Assembly (NCBI GenBank): GCA_009695305.1
Contig: SIBG01000010.1
Location: 1,646 to 65,645 of the forward strand
DNA: 64,000 bases
From: Opitutus sp.
Lineage (GTDB): Bacteria; Verrucomicrobiota; Verrucomicrobiia; Opitutales; Opitutaceae
Reading direction: 5' to 3'
In this document: positions 37,401 to 45,695 of the stretch, piece after piece
Position numbering within the stretch: the stretch's first letter is position 1
Layout: each line of letters opens with the position of its first letter
The notes under the pieces: generated by a model
Seen by the model: only the letters and a program-made list of their open reading frames with translations
What the model was told of the DNA's origin: nothing
The model's database searches: none
Program-made: the position numbers and the translations under genes

Positions 37401-38034
37401 GCACGCCACCCCGCCCTCGCCGGACCGCGTCCCCGGCTGGCACTATGGCTACGGCGCCTTTGACTCCGCCACCCGCCGCGTTCGCGATTTCCAACCGATG
37501 ACCGCGCGCAAGGACGGCAAGGACGCGCGCATCAGCCCCTCTCCCTCGTCTCCCGATTCCGCGTTCGACAACCTCTTCCTCTCACCCACCGGCGGCCATC
37601 CCGGAAAAACGCCGAACCACGCGAGCATCCGCCGCTGGATCGCCCCCGCCGCTGGCACCGTCCGCCTTGAAGCGACCCTCGGTCACGCCAACGAAAAAGG
37701 CGACGGCATCCACGCCCGGATCATCTCCAGCCGGACTGGCTCCCTCGGCGAGTGGACGGTCCACAACGCCAAACAGGAAACCAACCTCGCCGACCAAAAA
37801 GTCACCGCCGGCGAAGCCCTCGACTTCCTGGTGGAGAGCGGCGCCACCACGAACTCGGACACCTACACGTGGTCGCCGAAAATCCACTTTACCGCTGACG
37901 CCGACTCCAGCGCGCGCACGTGGGACGCGAAACGAGATTTCAATCTCACCGAAAAAATCCCCGTCCCGCTCACGCCGTGGGAAGCGCTCGCCCAAGTCCT
38001 CCTCCTCGCCAACGAACTGGCGTTCGTGGACTGA
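34435..38034 (+). CDS. PSCyt1 (Planctomycete cytochrome c) / DUF1549 / DUF1553 protein
   Basis: CYKCHS heme motif in FFETKIRPIFVESCYKCHS. A DUF1549 block (PLDAFVLAKLEKQKLAPAP..LLRRVTYDLTGLPPTPAEV). ACARCHDHKFDP. A DUF1553 C-terminal region. There is a GTGA overlap with the DUF1501 gene. Confidence 0.85.
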   Translation: MKPLRRHREERSGEAIQLSTPGAPTPRPFHLVILGLLLGATTASFAATAADLPPDQVEFFETKIRPIFVESCYKCHSEREGKSKGSLTLDSRDALRRGGATGPAFVAGDPDQSLLIQAVRYTDEDLQMPPEKDGAGGKLSAEKIAALEQWIKMGAPDPRTATPTPATLDMTRARQHWAFQPIAQPAAPSVQNQAWVQSPLDAFVLAKLEKQKLAPAPAADPRTLLRRVTYDLTGLPPTPAEVDAFLRDHSPEAYATVVDRLLASPRYGERWGRYWLDVARYADTQGYLVGNAERRFAYAHTYRDYVIRAFNTDEPYDQFLLEQLAADQLPLGDDKSALAAMGFLTLGRRFLGNQNDIIDDRIDVVTRGLMGLTVACARCHDHKFDPIPTRDYYALHGVFASTEEPAVKPLLGKLDESAPAYREFLRKKTDAEARVKVREREEVEKFLTEIRSQTGDYLLGAHDAARLPPTEKLDLFAGARKLNVEMLKRWQPWLEARAQDPTANSVLAPWFALAALPAKEFAEAARALLAAPMAEILGAAPPREKRPRSATPPTSSPDGPAAALAAPPELLAHLRLPADAPPASPFNAVILAALTEKPLSSLKDAAAVYNRVFADIEKSWQTLRTGQIEIEYPVTFSDPDHEAIRQILYAGGAPANLGYDATAKIIKRTIDDKTSGLRREVEALNWTEPGAPLRAMSLVDRAKPHNSPIFLRGNPSNSGPEAPRRFLEILGGDKLPAATTTSGRLELARAVASPANPLTARVFVNRVWGWHFGQALVRTPSDFGVRTEAPVHRDLLDYLSATFVAGGWSVKKLQRAIVLSTTYRQSGDETPAAAAIDPDNQLLHRFNRRRLEFESLRDTLLAVSGQLNLTPGGLPDDLTTEPFTRRRTVYGFIDRQNLPGMFRTFDFPNPDTSSAQRFATTVPQQALFMMNSPFAQEQARHLVQRPELQSAASDPEKIRALYATLYQRAPAADELALAQDFLATQQASPHATPPSPDRVPGWHYGYGAFDSATRRVRDFQPMTARKDGKDARISPSPSSPDSAFDNLFLSPTGGHPGKTPNHASIRRWIAPAAGTVRLEATLGHANEKGDGIHARIISSRTGSLGEWTVHNAKQETNLADQKVTAGEALDFLVESGATTNSDTYTWSPKIHFTADADSSARTWDAKRDFNLTEKIPVPLTPWEALAQVLLLANELAFVD
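34451..34487. repeat. half copy of the GTCATCGCGAG element inside the 5' end of the PSCyt ORF
   Basis: GTCATCGCGAGGAGCGCAGTGGCGAGGCGATCCAGCT, translated as RRHREERSGEAIQL. Confidence 0.6.
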
Positions 38035-38377
38035 GCGATCGCTTCATCCCCGGCAATATCAACGTCACATTCCAAACCATCGGTCATGGCCAGCCGTTCC
38101 ACGGCGAAGCCATCGAGCGCGTTCTCCAAGCTCCGGACCCCGGGCCCGGCCGAGCACCAGCCGCGCTTCCGCTGTTTCCCGACCAGCCAGCGGGCAACTG
38201 GAAATCGATCTTCCCTTTTTTGATCAAGCCCCCTTCATCCGCATCGAGTTTCCAACTGGCGTCACTCTCAGCGGTGGCGGCGGTGCTCATTCCAAAATCA
38301 ATCTGAACTCCGATGCGAACGCTTGATCAGCTCTTGGTGGCCGGAATCATCGCACCGCTTCGGCGCGGCTCGCCCGC

Positions 38378-40099
38378 ATGACGACTCGCAAGGGACTCTT
38401 TCTCCACCGGGCGGCCTGGCTGCTGCCGGCGCTCGCCCTGGTGACGGTCGGCTTGGGCATCTCGGCCTGGCGGGAACGCGGACTTTCCCTCGGTGATTCC
38501 GTCTATCGCTCCGTGGCTTTGTTCGATCTTGGCAACAGCATGTATATCGGCGGCCCTGGGACCGATTGGCGATTCCAAGCCGGCCGCTGGACGGGACTGG
38601 CTGTCGTGTTCGGCACGGGCTTTCTGGCACTGGGTGCGGTGTTGCGGGAGCGAATGGCGCTGGCGGTGGCGCGAAAGATGCGACAGGAGGTCATCGTCAT
38701 CGGCGGCACTGAAATCGCCACCAGGGCTTATGAGGCGGCCCGCACCGCCGGGAAGAGCGTCATCTGGGTGGGCGCCCCGACCCTCGGCGTGGGCTCGATC
38801 CGTTCGCTGGCCTTCCCCTGGCCCCCGGGCGACCGGGCCACGATCGTGCGCGAGTATGCCGGCAACGCGGCGCACGTGCTGGTGGCCGGGGATGACGACG
38901 CCGCCACGCTCGTTCTAGCGCGCGCGGCGCGCACGACCGCGCCCAGCGCATCGATCACGATCATGATGCGCGACGCCCGCCTGGCCGAGGAAGCCGCCGC
39001 CACGCTCAATCAGGCCCGCACGCGAGTATTCTCCGTCGCAGCCATCTCCGCCCGGGCGCTGAACTTGAAGCATCCGCCCTTCCTGATCGCTCAGAACCTG
39101 GGCCAACCGCGAATTCATGCGTTGATCATTGGCTTTGGCCAATCCGGCCAAGCCATGGCCCGCGACTTGATGGTAAACTGCCGCACCACGTTTCTCGAAT
39201 TGCCCGCCATCACCGTGATCGATCCCCACGCCAAGGCGCTGGAAGGGGTGATGCGGGTGCGCGCGCCAGAGATCGATGCGTGCGCCCATTTCACCTTTAT
39301 CGAGGGGAAAATTTGCAGCGAGGCCATGGCGCCGGACGTCGCCACCATGGGCGGCGCGATTGCCCGGGGTGGCCCGTTGACCGCTTGCTACGTCTGCCTG
39401 ACGACCGACACGGAAGTTCTTGGCGCCGCCGCGATGCTTCAATCCCTGTTGCGGGCAGTCGACCTTGGACGGCCTCCGTTCTTCGTGCGGTTGGGCGACG
39501 CCAGCATCGTGGCCGGAACGGTCGAGGAAAAGCACGGCCTATACGCCCTGCACGCCTTCGGCGATCTCGGGTCGGTCCTCGCCGCCAGCGAGTTTCTGTC
39601 CGCCACGCCCGATGGCGCCGCCCGGGCCTTCAGCGACGCCTATCGCGCTTCCCTGCCGGCCGCGAAACGCGATGATCCGACCGATCGTTCCGCGCGCTCG
39701 TGGGACGAACTCGACGAAACATTTCGTGAGGTCAACCGGGCGGTCGTCGCGCATATCCCCGCCAAGATGGCCAGCGCCGGGATCGACCCCAGCCTCTGGG
39801 TCGGGGTCAGTCTCCTGCCCCGCCCATCCCAGGACCGGCAACTGTTCGCCACCGAAGCCGAATGCGAGCGACTGGCCGAACTGGAACATGAACGTTGGGC
39901 CGCCCAGCGGCGCATGCAGGGCTGGCGCTGGACGGCCGCGAAGGCCAAAGACGAAATCCGACGCCTGCATCCGTTTTTGGTTCCGTATCGAGACTTGAGT
40001 GACGAGGTCAAGGAGTTCAACCGGGTTTATGTCCGCGAAACTCAACTGGCCTGCTGGGGCACGGCTCGCGCCACGGATCGAGACCACGGCCAACATTAG
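38378..40099 (+). CDS. membrane protein with two Rossmann (TrkA-N-like) modules and a C-terminal RyR domain
   Basis: Two N-terminal hydrophobic helices flank GDSVYRSVALFDLGNSMY. Then VIVIGGTEIA and LIIGFGQSGQAMARDL (GxGxxG). The C-terminal LAELEHERWAAQRRMQGWRW...RRLHPFLVPYRDLSDEVKEFNR matches the RyR-domain pattern. Codon usage is atypical. Confidence 0.7.
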   Translation: MTTRKGLFLHRAAWLLPALALVTVGLGISAWRERGLSLGDSVYRSVALFDLGNSMYIGGPGTDWRFQAGRWTGLAVVFGTGFLALGAVLRERMALAVARKMRQEVIVIGGTEIATRAYEAARTAGKSVIWVGAPTLGVGSIRSLAFPWPPGDRATIVREYAGNAAHVLVAGDDDAATLVLARAARTTAPSASITIMMRDARLAEEAAATLNQARTRVFSVAAISARALNLKHPPFLIAQNLGQPRIHALIIGFGQSGQAMARDLMVNCRTTFLELPAITVIDPHAKALEGVMRVRAPEIDACAHFTFIEGKICSEAMAPDVATMGGAIARGGPLTACYVCLTTDTEVLGAAAMLQSLLRAVDLGRPPFFVRLGDASIVAGTVEEKHGLYALHAFGDLGSVLAASEFLSATPDGAARAFSDAYRASLPAAKRDDPTDRSARSWDELDETFREVNRAVVAHIPAKMASAGIDPSLWVGVSLLPRPSQDRQLFATEAECERLAELEHERWAAQRRMQGWRWTAAKAKDEIRRLHPFLVPYRDLSDEVKEFNRVYVRETQLACWGTARATDRDHGQH

Positions 40100-40444
40100 G
40101 CCAACGACTCGTGAAATCTTGACTCCTCCGTGCAGGCAGCCTGCTTGCCGGCGCTCCGAGGGTCCGCCAGCGGACGGCCGACGAAATTTAAAAACATCCT
40201 AGCCGTTGGTATTAATCACCGCGAAAGCTCCCGACTCGGACCTCGCGGTTTTTACGGCCCCTCGATTAGGCCCCACCGCCAGCCACCGCGACCCCAGCCA
40301 CGAGTCCCGGCAAATCTGCCAGGGTGTTTTGATCTCCAGGTGTGCTCCAAGCCGGCGAACGCTGGTTGACGCGTTCTCCCGTCGAAGTTCAGTTTGCTCA
40401 TTGCGTTCGTCCGTCACCCGGCGCGCGCGAGTTTTCCACTCACC

Positions 40445-41782
40445 ATGAAAGAAATTCTGACCGAGGCCGCGTCCCGGGCGATTCACTACCTGCAGGGTCT
40501 CGAGTCACGCGGCGTCGCCCCCACCCCGGCCGCCGTGGCCGGGCTGCGGGCGTTCGATGCGCCGTTGCCCGCGAAGTCGACTAACCCGGCCGACACCCTG
40601 CGCTTGCTTGATGAAGTCGGCTCGACCGCGATGGCCGGCCCGAGATTTTTTGGCTTTGTCATCGGCGGCTCGCTGCCCGTCACCCTCGCCGCCAACTGGC
40701 TCGCCGGTGCCTGGGATCAGAACAGCGCTTACTATCGCGCCACCCCGAGCACGGCCTTTATCGAACAAGTCGCGCTGCGCTGGCTGCTCGACGTCCTGCA
40801 ACTTCCGCCCACCTCAGGCGGCGCGTTTGTCACCGGTGCGACCGTCGCGAATCTCTGCGCGCTCGCCGCCGCCCGGCACGCCGTGCTCGATCGCGCGGGT
40901 TGGAACGTCGAAGCGCAGGGCCTGTTCGGTGCTCCGCCCATCACCGTCATCGTCGGCGCCGAGGCGCATCCCTCGGTGACGAAGTCGCTCGGCCTGCTCG
41001 GTCTCGGCCGCCGCCGCGTGGTCCCGGTGCCCGTCGACGAGCAGGGCCGGATGCGCGCCGACCAGTTGCCGGCGATTTCCGGCCCGACGATCGTCTGCGT
41101 GCAAGCCGGCAACGTGAACACGGGCGCTTTCGATCCGATCGGCGAAATCTGCCGCCGCGCCCACGCCGCCGGCGCGTGAGTGCATGTGGACGGTGCCTTC
41201 GGCTTGTGGGCCGCCACCACCCCAGCCCGCGCGCACCTCGCCGCGGGGACGGCCGAAGCCGATTCGTGGGCGACCGACGCCCACAAATGGCTGAACGTGC
41301 CCTACGATAGCGGGCTCGCTTTCGTGCGCGAGGTGCACGTGCTGCAAGCCGCGATGGCGATCACCGCGGAGTATCTGCCCACGGCCAGCGAGTATCGCAA
41401 CCCGGCCGATTTCACGCCCGAGCTTTCCCGGCGCGCCCGCGGCGTCGAGGTCTGGGCCGCCCTGCATTCGCTTGGCCGCGAGGGCCTCGCCGCGATGATC
41501 GAACGAAACTGCACGCAGGCACAGCGCTTCGCCGAAAAACTATCCGCCGCGGGCTTCGAAATCCTGAACGAGGTCGCGCTCAATCAAGTGCTCGTGTCGT
41601 TCGGCGACGCGGCGCGGACCAACCGCGTCATCTCCGCCGTGCAGCAAGAAGGCACCTGCTGGTGCGGCGTCACGATCTGGCAGGGAAAAACCGCCATGCG
41701 GATCAGCGTCTCGTCCTGGGCCACGACCGACGCTGACGTTGATCGCAGCGCCGCCGCGATCATCGCGGTGGCGCTGCGGTAG
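40445..41782 (+). pseudogene. PLP-dependent (group II) decarboxylase interrupted by in-frame TGA
   Basis: ORFs 40394..41179 and 41180..41782 are in the same frame. The junction reads ...AHAAGA-TGA-VHVDGAFGLWAA at 41177..41179. The PLP-lysine motif DAHKWLNVPYDSG lies downstream. Confidence 0.8.
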
Positions 41783-41859
41783 GCCGCCCGCTGGCGGGCG
41801 CTTCCGGGAGCGCGAGCCCGCTCGCGGCCCACGCGGATCTCGGTGAGTCCGCCCTGCTC

Positions 41860-43188
41860 CTACACGCGGCTCACCACAATCGAGGCGTTCGTTCCACCGA
41901 AGCCAAAGCTGTTGGCCAGCGCGGCGCGCACGGTTTTTTTCACGGCGACATTCGGCGTGAAGTTGAGCCCGAGGTCCCCGCACGCCGGGTCGATATTTTC
42001 CAGGTTGATCGTCGGCGGCACCACGCCGTCGCGAATCGCCAGCACCGCGGAAAACACCCCCATCGCGCCCGCGCCACCGAGCAGGTGGCCGGTCATCGAC
42101 TTCACTCCGCTCACGTGAAGCGCAGATTTGTTTTCGGCAAACACGTTCGCCATGGCCGCGGCCTCCTCCCCGTCGCCGCCTGGCGTGGAAGTCGCATGGG
42201 CCGACACGTAGTCGATCTCGGTCGCGGCGAGTCCGGCGCGTTTGAGCGCCGCCTGCATCGAACGCGCCGAACCTTCCGCGCCGGGCGCCAGCGACGAAAG
42301 ATGGTAGGCGTCCGCCGTCGCCCCGTAACCGCGCAGCTCGGCGTAGATCCGCGCGCCGCGCTGCTTCGCATGCTCCAGCTCCTCGAGCACCAGCACCACG
42401 GCGCCTTCGCCGAGCACGAAACCGTCGCGACCTTTGTCATAGGGACGCGAGGCTTTTTCGGGCGCGTCGTTGCGCGTGGAAAGCGCGCGCATCTGCGCGA
42501 AGGCGCCGATGGCGAGCGGCGTAACGGTCGACTCCGCCCCGCCGGCGATCATCACGTCGACCTCGCCCCGCGCAATCGCCGCCGCCGCCTCGCCGAGCGC
42601 GTGGCCGCTGGTGGCGCACGCGGAGGCAATGCTCATGTTGGGCCCGCGCAAATCGAGCAGCACCGAAACCTGCCCGGCGAGGAGGTTCGGCGCGATTTGG
42701 ATGATGAAGAACGGTGAAATCTTCCTAAATCCGCCGGCTTTCCACGTGTCGTGCATGGCCTCCATCTCGGGCAAGCCGCCCAGGCCGACGCCGAGGTTTG
42801 CGCCCAGGCGTTCGGGGTCGATCCCCGCGCGGTGCGCATCGAGCCCCGAGTCCGCGTAGGCTTCCACCGCGGCGGAGGCGCCGAGGTGGGTAAAACGGCC
42901 GAATTTTTTCAGGTCCTTCGGCGTGAGCGCCTGCGCGAGAGGCTCCGTGCCCGGCCCGCGCGGATACAACGGCGCGGGCAGCGGCCGCGTGGGATCGAAA
43001 TTTTTCACCTCGCCCGCGATCTGCGCCGTGCAGCCGGTCGCGTCGAAGCGCGTGATGCGGCCAATGCCGCTGCGGCCGGCGACGAGCGCGGCCCAAGTTT
43101 CAGCGGCGGTGTTGCCGCAGGGCGTGACGGCGCCGAGGCCGGTGATGACGACGCGGCGGCGGGGTTGAGTGGTGGAGCGATGTGGCAT
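41860..43188 (-). CDS. fabF: beta-ketoacyl-ACP synthase II
   Basis: RRVVITGLGAVTPCG, active-site IASACATSGHA, HATSTPGGD and NSFGFGGTNASIV. Confidence 0.9.
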   Translation of the reverse strand: MPHRSTTQPRRRVVITGLGAVTPCGNTAAETWAALVAGRSGIGRITRFDATGCTAQIAGEVKNFDPTRPLPAPLYPRGPGTEPLAQALTPKDLKKFGRFTHLGASAAVEAYADSGLDAHRAGIDPERLGANLGVGLGGLPEMEAMHDTWKAGGFRKISPFFIIQIAPNLLAGQVSVLLDLRGPNMSIASACATSGHALGEAAAAIARGEVDVMIAGGAESTVTPLAIGAFAQMRALSTRNDAPEKASRPYDKGRDGFVLGEGAVVLVLEELEHAKQRGARIYAELRGYGATADAYHLSSLAPGAEGSARSMQAALKRAGLAATEIDYVSAHATSTPGGDGEEAAAMANVFAENKSALHVSGVKSMTGHLLGGAGAMGVFSAVLAIRDGVVPPTINLENIDPACGDLGLNFTPNVAVKKTVRAALANSFGFGGTNASIVVSRV

Positions 43189-43233
43189 GGTGAAAAAAAT
43201 AGCGCGAGGTTTGAAACGCTGAGCTGCGCCAGG

Positions 43234-43911
43234 CTACCTTGAATTGGATTGGCGGAGATTAGCATTCCCTTCCGGTTCGACTCGCAGGAAGTCGTTGGCC
43301 GATTCGTTCAGCGCAACCGGTTCCGGCCCGGCACAGAATTGTGCGCGCAAATGGCGGCGCATCGAGTGCAGAATCGCATCGCTGTGCCGCGGATCGTCGA
43401 CCGCCCGCGCGAAGAGCAGCGCCCCCACGAGTGAACTCATCAGCTGTGTGACGCGGTCGCGGTTTTTTTCCGGATCGCGACTCAGCCGCAGCGCCGCACC
43501 AAGCCGCTCGAGATGCTGCGTGAACCCCCGCGAATATCCCGTCCGCGCCGTCCCCTGGAGCCGCGCCATGTCCGCTCCGACCGCGACGATCAGGCAGCCC
43601 GCCCCGCGGTTGTCGCGATGCCGTGCCGCCAGATAGCTGTCGATGACCATCCGCGCGCGCGCCGCGCGGGTGGGCAGCGCGGCAATCCGCGCAAGATTCG
43701 GGACCGCCGCGTCAAACGCCACGGCGCACGCTTCCGCAACCAGCTCCGTCTTGTCCTGAAAATGCGCGTAGAATCCACCGTGCGTGAGTCCCGCCCGCCG
43801 CATCACCTCGTCCACGCCGGTCTCAGCCACCCCTCGCTCACGAAAAGCGTGGCCCGCCGCTTCGAGGATGCGACGGCGGGTAGCATGCTTGTGGGCAGGT
43901 GGATAGCGCAT
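43234..43911 (-). CDS. TetR/AcrR-family transcriptional regulator
   Basis: RRRILEAAGHAFRERGVAETGVDEVMRRAGLTHGGFYAHFQDK is an HTH. It lies upstream of fabF on the same strand. Confidence 0.85.
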   Translation of the reverse strand: MRYPPAHKHATRRRILEAAGHAFRERGVAETGVDEVMRRAGLTHGGFYAHFQDKTELVAEACAVAFDAAVPNLARIAALPTRAARARMVIDSYLAARHRDNRGAGCLIVAVGADMARLQGTARTGYSRGFTQHLERLGAALRLSRDPEKNRDRVTQLMSSLVGALLFARAVDDPRHSDAILHSMRRHLRAQFCAGPEPVALNESANDFLRVEPEGNANLRQSNSR

Positions 43912-44094
43912 GGCGAGTTATTGAATGACGTTCGTCATACCACACTGCAAGCACCAATAACCCGCCACCGCGCCGACCACTTCAAAGCCTTGGCGGAGGA
44001 GGGCTTTGACTTTACCCCACTCACCCGTTTCCCTCACGCCCTTTTTCCGCCCCTGCCTCGCACCGTCTCCGACCCGCCATTCCGCCTCCCGCAA

Positions 44095-44628
44095 ATGCAG
44101 CAGCTCCATCCTTACTGGCGCATGGCCTACATTGAGGCACCGCGTTATCCGGCCAAGTTGAAGCGCCCCTTCTCGGAACTGCCCGCCCTCGGTGACGATC
44201 GCGCCGCGCTCATCGTCCATCGTTCGCGCCGCTCCTATCTCATCCTCAACCGTTTTCCCTACAACCCCGGCCACCTCCTCGCCGTCCCCTTTCGTGACGT
44301 CGCCGATCTCGCCGAACTCACGCCCGTCGAACGCGCCGACCTCCTGGAGGAAATCGTTTTCGGTCAACGCCTGCTCACGGCCGCGCTGCACCCCGATGGC
44401 TTTAATCTCGGCTTCAACCTCGGTTCCGCCGCCGGCGGCAGCATCCTGCATCTCCACGGCCACATCGTCCCCCGCTGGAATGGCGACAACAACTTCATGC
44501 CCGTCCTCGCCGAGACCCGCACCCTCCCGCAAGCCCTCGACGCGACGTGGGAACGGCTGAGTGCCGTCGCGACCGCGCTGAAAAATCAAAAGCCGAAGGC
44601 GACCAAGCCCAAAGCCAAAAAACGCTAA
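44095..44628 (+). CDS. HIT-family protein
   Basis: The ATG at 44095. Also YLILNRFPYNPGHLLAVP and the histidine triad HLHGHIVPRW, with a Lys-rich tail. Confidence 0.8.
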   Translation: MQQLHPYWRMAYIEAPRYPAKLKRPFSELPALGDDRAALIVHRSRRSYLILNRFPYNPGHLLAVPFRDVADLAELTPVERADLLEEIVFGQRLLTAALHPDGFNLGFNLGSAAGGSILHLHGHIVPRWNGDNNFMPVLAETRTLPQALDATWERLSAVATALKNQKPKATKPKAKKR

Positions 44629-44672
44629 CCAGCCAGCGCCACCCAACCCCGCCTCTCTCCCTTTCCGCCCCC

Positions 44673-45695
44673 TTGCCGTCCAAAACCCTCCACTTCCCGA
44701 GCCCGCGGCACCTCCACTCGCTCTACGCGGGCCGCGAGGAAAATCTCGCGCACGCCGAGCGCACGCTCGGCGTAAAACTCATCACCCGCGAAGACTGGCT
44801 GAGGATTGAGCCCCTCGCTTCCGACAATCGAAAATCGCCAGTCGAAAATCAAAAATCCTCCGTCGCCGTGGCGGAGGCGCTCTTCACGTTCCTCGACGCC
44901 GCCCGCGCCCAGGGCATGACCATTCGCACGCCCGACTTCCACCGCATCGCCGACGGCTTCGCGCGCGGCGAGGGCGACCAGATGCGCGCGCTCATCGACG
45001 AACCGCTCGTCATCGCCACCAACCGCAAGACGATCGTCCCCAAAACTCTCGGCCAGAAACTCTACCTCCAGTCGATGCTCGCGCACCCGGTCGTCTTCGG
45101 GATCGGCCCCGCCGGCACCGGCAAGACCTACCTCGCGATGGCCGCCGCCGTCTCCGCCCTCCTCCGCAACGAGGTCGAGCGCATCATCCTCACCCGCCCC
45201 GCCGTTGAGGCCGGCGAAACCCTCGGCTTCCTCCCCGGCGACCTCCGCGAAAAAATCCTCCCCTATCTCCGCCCGCTCTACGACGCGCTTCACGATATGC
45301 TCGATCCCGAGGACATCACGCGCCTCACCGAGAAAGGCATCATCGAGATCGCCCCACTCGCCTACATGCGCGGCCGGACGCTCTCGCAGGCCTTCATCGT
45401 CCTCGACGAGGCGCAAAACACCACGCCCGAGCAGATGATGATGTTCCTCACGCGCCTCGGCGAAGACTCGCGCATGGTGGTGACTGGCGACATCACGCAG
45501 ATCGATCTCCCGCGCGCCAAGCCCAGCGGTCTCCTCGAGGTCCGCCATATTCTTTCGGACATTCCCGGCATCGACTTCCACACTTTCAGCGCCGCCGACG
45601 TGGTCCGCCACCCCCTGGTCCAGAGGATCATCGAGGCCTACGACCGCTACCGCAACCCCATCGCCAGTGAAAACGGGACGGAGGACAAGCGATGA
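44673..45695 (+). CDS. phoH: PhoH-family ATPase
   Basis: The TTG at 44673 is the probable start. Also GIGPAGTGKTYLAMAAAV (Walker A), ILTRPAVEAGE.LGFLPGD, and VLDEAQNTT. Confidence 0.9.
   Translation: MPSKTLHFPSPRHLHSLYAGREENLAHAERTLGVKLITREDWLRIEPLASDNRKSPVENQKSSVAVAEALFTFLDAARAQGMTIRTPDFHRIADGFARGEGDQMRALIDEPLVIATNRKTIVPKTLGQKLYLQSMLAHPVVFGIGPAGTGKTYLAMAAAVSALLRNEVERIILTRPAVEAGETLGFLPGDLREKILPYLRPLYDALHDMLDPEDITRLTEKGIIEIAPLAYMRGRTLSQAFIVLDEAQNTTPEQMMMFLTRLGEDSRMVVTGDITQIDLPRAKPSGLLEVRHILSDIPGIDFHTFSAADVVRHPLVQRIIEAYDRYRNPIASENGTEDKR
44826..44860. repeat. AATCGAA-family heptamer array inside the phoH coding sequence
   Basis: AATCGAA AATCGCC AGTCGAA AATCAAA AATCCTC, read in-frame as NRKSPVENQKSS. 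Confidence 0.75.

Noticed and set aside
38084-38290. 68-aa minus-strand ORF in the spacer upstream of the RyR-domain gene (…ASWKLDADEGGLIKKGKIDFQLPAGW…).
   Set aside because: It is short and has no start context or recognisable family. It could be a decayed gene remnant, but this cannot be supported from sequence alone.
41177-41179. TGA read as selenocysteine or as Trp (alternative genetic code).
   Set aside because: Many genes in the window terminate at TGA at family-typical lengths (pyrH, sufD, sufT, the ThuA-like gene at 11781..12545, vapB), so there is no global reassignment. The aligned position is expected to be aromatic rather than Cys, and I saw no obvious SECIS-like hairpin. A nonsense mutation or a base-call error is more parsimonious.
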